Source: Mustelus asterias
Lineage: Eukaryota
Direction: 5' to 3'
DNA length: 64,000 nt
NCBI RefSeq assembly: GCF_964213995.1
Contig: NC_135824.1
Coordinates: 52,824,001-52,888,000, forward strand
Within the stretch, counting starts at the first letter, position 1. Every line of letters begins with the position of its first letter. Below, piece by piece: positions 61,920 to 64,000 of this stretch. The notes below the pieces were generated by a model that did no database searches, was not told where the DNA came from, and saw only the letters and a program-made list of their open reading frames with translations. Position numbers and translations under genes: made by a program.

Positions 61920-62633
61920 AGTGGCACGCTGGCACAGTGGTTAGCGCTGCTGCCTCACAGCGCCAGGGACCCAGGATCAATTCCAGCCTTGGATCACTGT
62001 CTGTGCACAGTCTGCACATTCTCCCTGTGTCTGCGTGGGTTTCCTCTGGCTGCTCCGGCTTCCTACCACATTCCAAAGATGTGCCGGTTAGGTTGATTGG
62101 CCATGCTAAATTAGCCCTAGTGTCAGGGGGGCTAGCAGGGCAAGTGGGAGTTAGGGGAATAGGGCCTGGGTGGAATAGTGGTTGGTACAGACTCGATGGG
62201 CCGAATGGCCTCCTTCTGTACTGTAGGGATTCTATTCTACACAACTGTTCTTTTTACGCTTTGTATATAAGCGTGTGTCAGTGTGTGTACTTGTCCGTCT
62301 ATGTTTCTTTGTGTCAGTGTGAATGTTTAAAGTTTTATTTATTAACGTTACGAGTGGGCTTACATTAACACTGCAATGTAGTTACTGTGAAAATCCCCCA
62401 GTCGCCACACTCCGGCACCTGTTCGGGTACACTGAGGGAGAATTTAGCACGGCCAATGCACCTAATCAGCACGTCTTTCGGGCTGTGGGAGGAAACTGGA
62501 GCACCCGGAGGAAACCCACGCAGACGCAAGGAGAACGTGCAGACTCCACAGAGACTGTCACCCAAGCCAGGAATCGAACCCGGGTCCCTGGCGTTGTGAG
62601 GCAGCAGCGCTAACCACTGTGCAGCCATGTTGC
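61920..62633. mobile_element. Two HE1-type SINEs tail-to-tail (61920-62238 +, 62325-62633 -)
   Basis: Both heads and cores present; they carry different tails. Confidence 0.82.
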
Positions 62634-62940
62634 TCATGTGTGAGTTCGTCACTGTTGGTGCTTATCAGTGTGTTTCCACGTTCATGTGCACGAGAGTGAG
62701 TCCCTGAGTGTTTCTGCGTGTGGTTGGTCTTGTGTTTCTTCTCCATGTGCTCTTGCGTGTATATAAGTATGTATGTGAGTGTGTTAAAGTGCATGTATCT
62801 GTGTGAATGTGTGTGCTTACACATGTGTGTTAGTCTGTTTTAGTAGCTATGTATTTTGCGTGAGAGTGTTTTCAATCATGTGTTTCAGTTCATTTTCTGC
62901 TGCCTGACAAATATTTTCTGTTGATTTCACCTCTGTGCAG

Positions 62941-63866
62941 TGAACCTAATAACAATTGTCATCCTCATTCGTGGAAAAAGTGGTCTTTCCAAATGTGTCA
63001 CTCGATACCTGGTGACCATGGTAATAGCGGATCTACTGGTCGTTATCCTGGACCTGATATTGAGTCAGATTCCCACTGTTTTTCGGAATCAGTTTATTTT
63101 TGTGCTGTACATCCCCACATGTAATATCCACGCCGTCCTGCTTTATGCCGCCACTGACTGTTCCGTCTGGTTCACCGTCACTTTCACCTTTGATCGATTT
63201 GTGGCCATTTGCTGCCCCAAGCTGAAAAGTAAATATTGCAGTGAGAAAACGGCAGCTGTGATTCTGGGAACAGTGAGTGTGGTGTCCTGTTCAAAGAACA
63301 TTTTCTGGTATTTTATGTTATCACGTTCGTATTGGCTAGGGAACTTCCCTTGGTTTTGCCTGATAATGGGCACAGTCAATTTTCTGAGTAACCCAGTCTA
63401 TGGATCACTGGAGTTACTCCATCATATTCTAAATCCATGTGTCCCATTTGTCCTGATTCTGCTGCTCAATATTTTAACCATCCAACACATTGTAGTGAGC
63501 AGCAGAGCCCGCAGCAGACTCCGGGCTCACAGCAGTGCGGAGAGTCCCAGAGACCCAGAGATGGAGAGTCGAAGAAAAGCTATAATTTTGCTGTTTGTTA
63601 TCTCAGCCAATTTCATCCTGTTATGGTCAGTCTTCATGGTTTACTCTACTTGGATTCGGATGTTTTATTTAGGGTATGAATCTGTATATATCGACCGGTT
63701 TGCTCAGGAACTAGGCTTCATGCTGCAGCTCCTGAGTTGCTGCACAAACACTGGGATATATGCCATGACACAGACTCAGTTCAGACAGCAGTTGAAGAAT
63801 GTGCTGAAATACCCCTTTATTCCCATTCTTCAATTGATTAAATCAAGAGAAGACCTGAGGCACTGA
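62941..63866 (+). CDS. GPR139/GPR142-like GPCR paralogue B, exon 2; spliced protein 368 aa
   Basis: CAG acceptor at 62938-62940; plus strand reads (G)TG AAC CTA ATA = VNLI; IADL, TFDRFVAICCP and LSCCTNTGIY motifs; open to TGA at 63866. The ORF track strand label is wrong. Confidence 0.93.
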
Positions 63867-64000
63867 GGGCTTCCACAGTTTTCTCATTTTGGTTTAAATT
63901 CCCACCCTGAGATAGGGGTTGGCAGGTTGAGGGGCAAGAGAGGGAGGAGGATGTTGATGGCGAGGGTAAGGTGTGAAAGTGAGGAAGTAGGGTAGCAGAG

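Noticed and set aside
62940-63866. ORF track label placing the 308-aa GPCR on the minus strand
   Set aside because: The plus strand at 62940 reads GTG AAC CTA ATA ACA ATT, matching the listed protein, and the splice sites and exon 1 are also on plus

Overview
Eukaryotic, repeat-dense window from a cartilaginous fish (shark; inferred from HE1-type SINEs and the CR1 and Penelope families). The left third is the edge of a T-cell receptor beta V cluster on the minus strand. It holds one intact TRBV30-like V gene (leader exon, V exon, perfect 23-RSS), one V pseudogene split by a Penelope-derived insertion and carrying a 21-bp-spacer RSS, and a short V relic. The right half holds two intact two-exon GPR139/GPR142-like class A GPCR paralogues arranged head-to-head (33922-41159 minus; 60346-63866 plus). 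They share promoter, intron position and an intronic block. Their intracellular loops are almost identical while their extracellular parts diverge strongly, which suggests a diversifying receptor family next to TCR V genes. The rest is nested mobile DNA: CR1, L2-like, Rex1/Babar, Tx1 and RTE LINEs; about 20 SINEs; Penelope-like elements with minimal hammerhead ribozyme motifs; a short tRNA-Arg-primed ERV with mismatched LTRs; a fragmented retroviral pol; two solo LTRs; and several minisatellites. The ORF track labels 62940..63866 as minus, but it reads on the plus strand. Repeat boundaries are approximate and family assignments come from motif recognition, not database searches.
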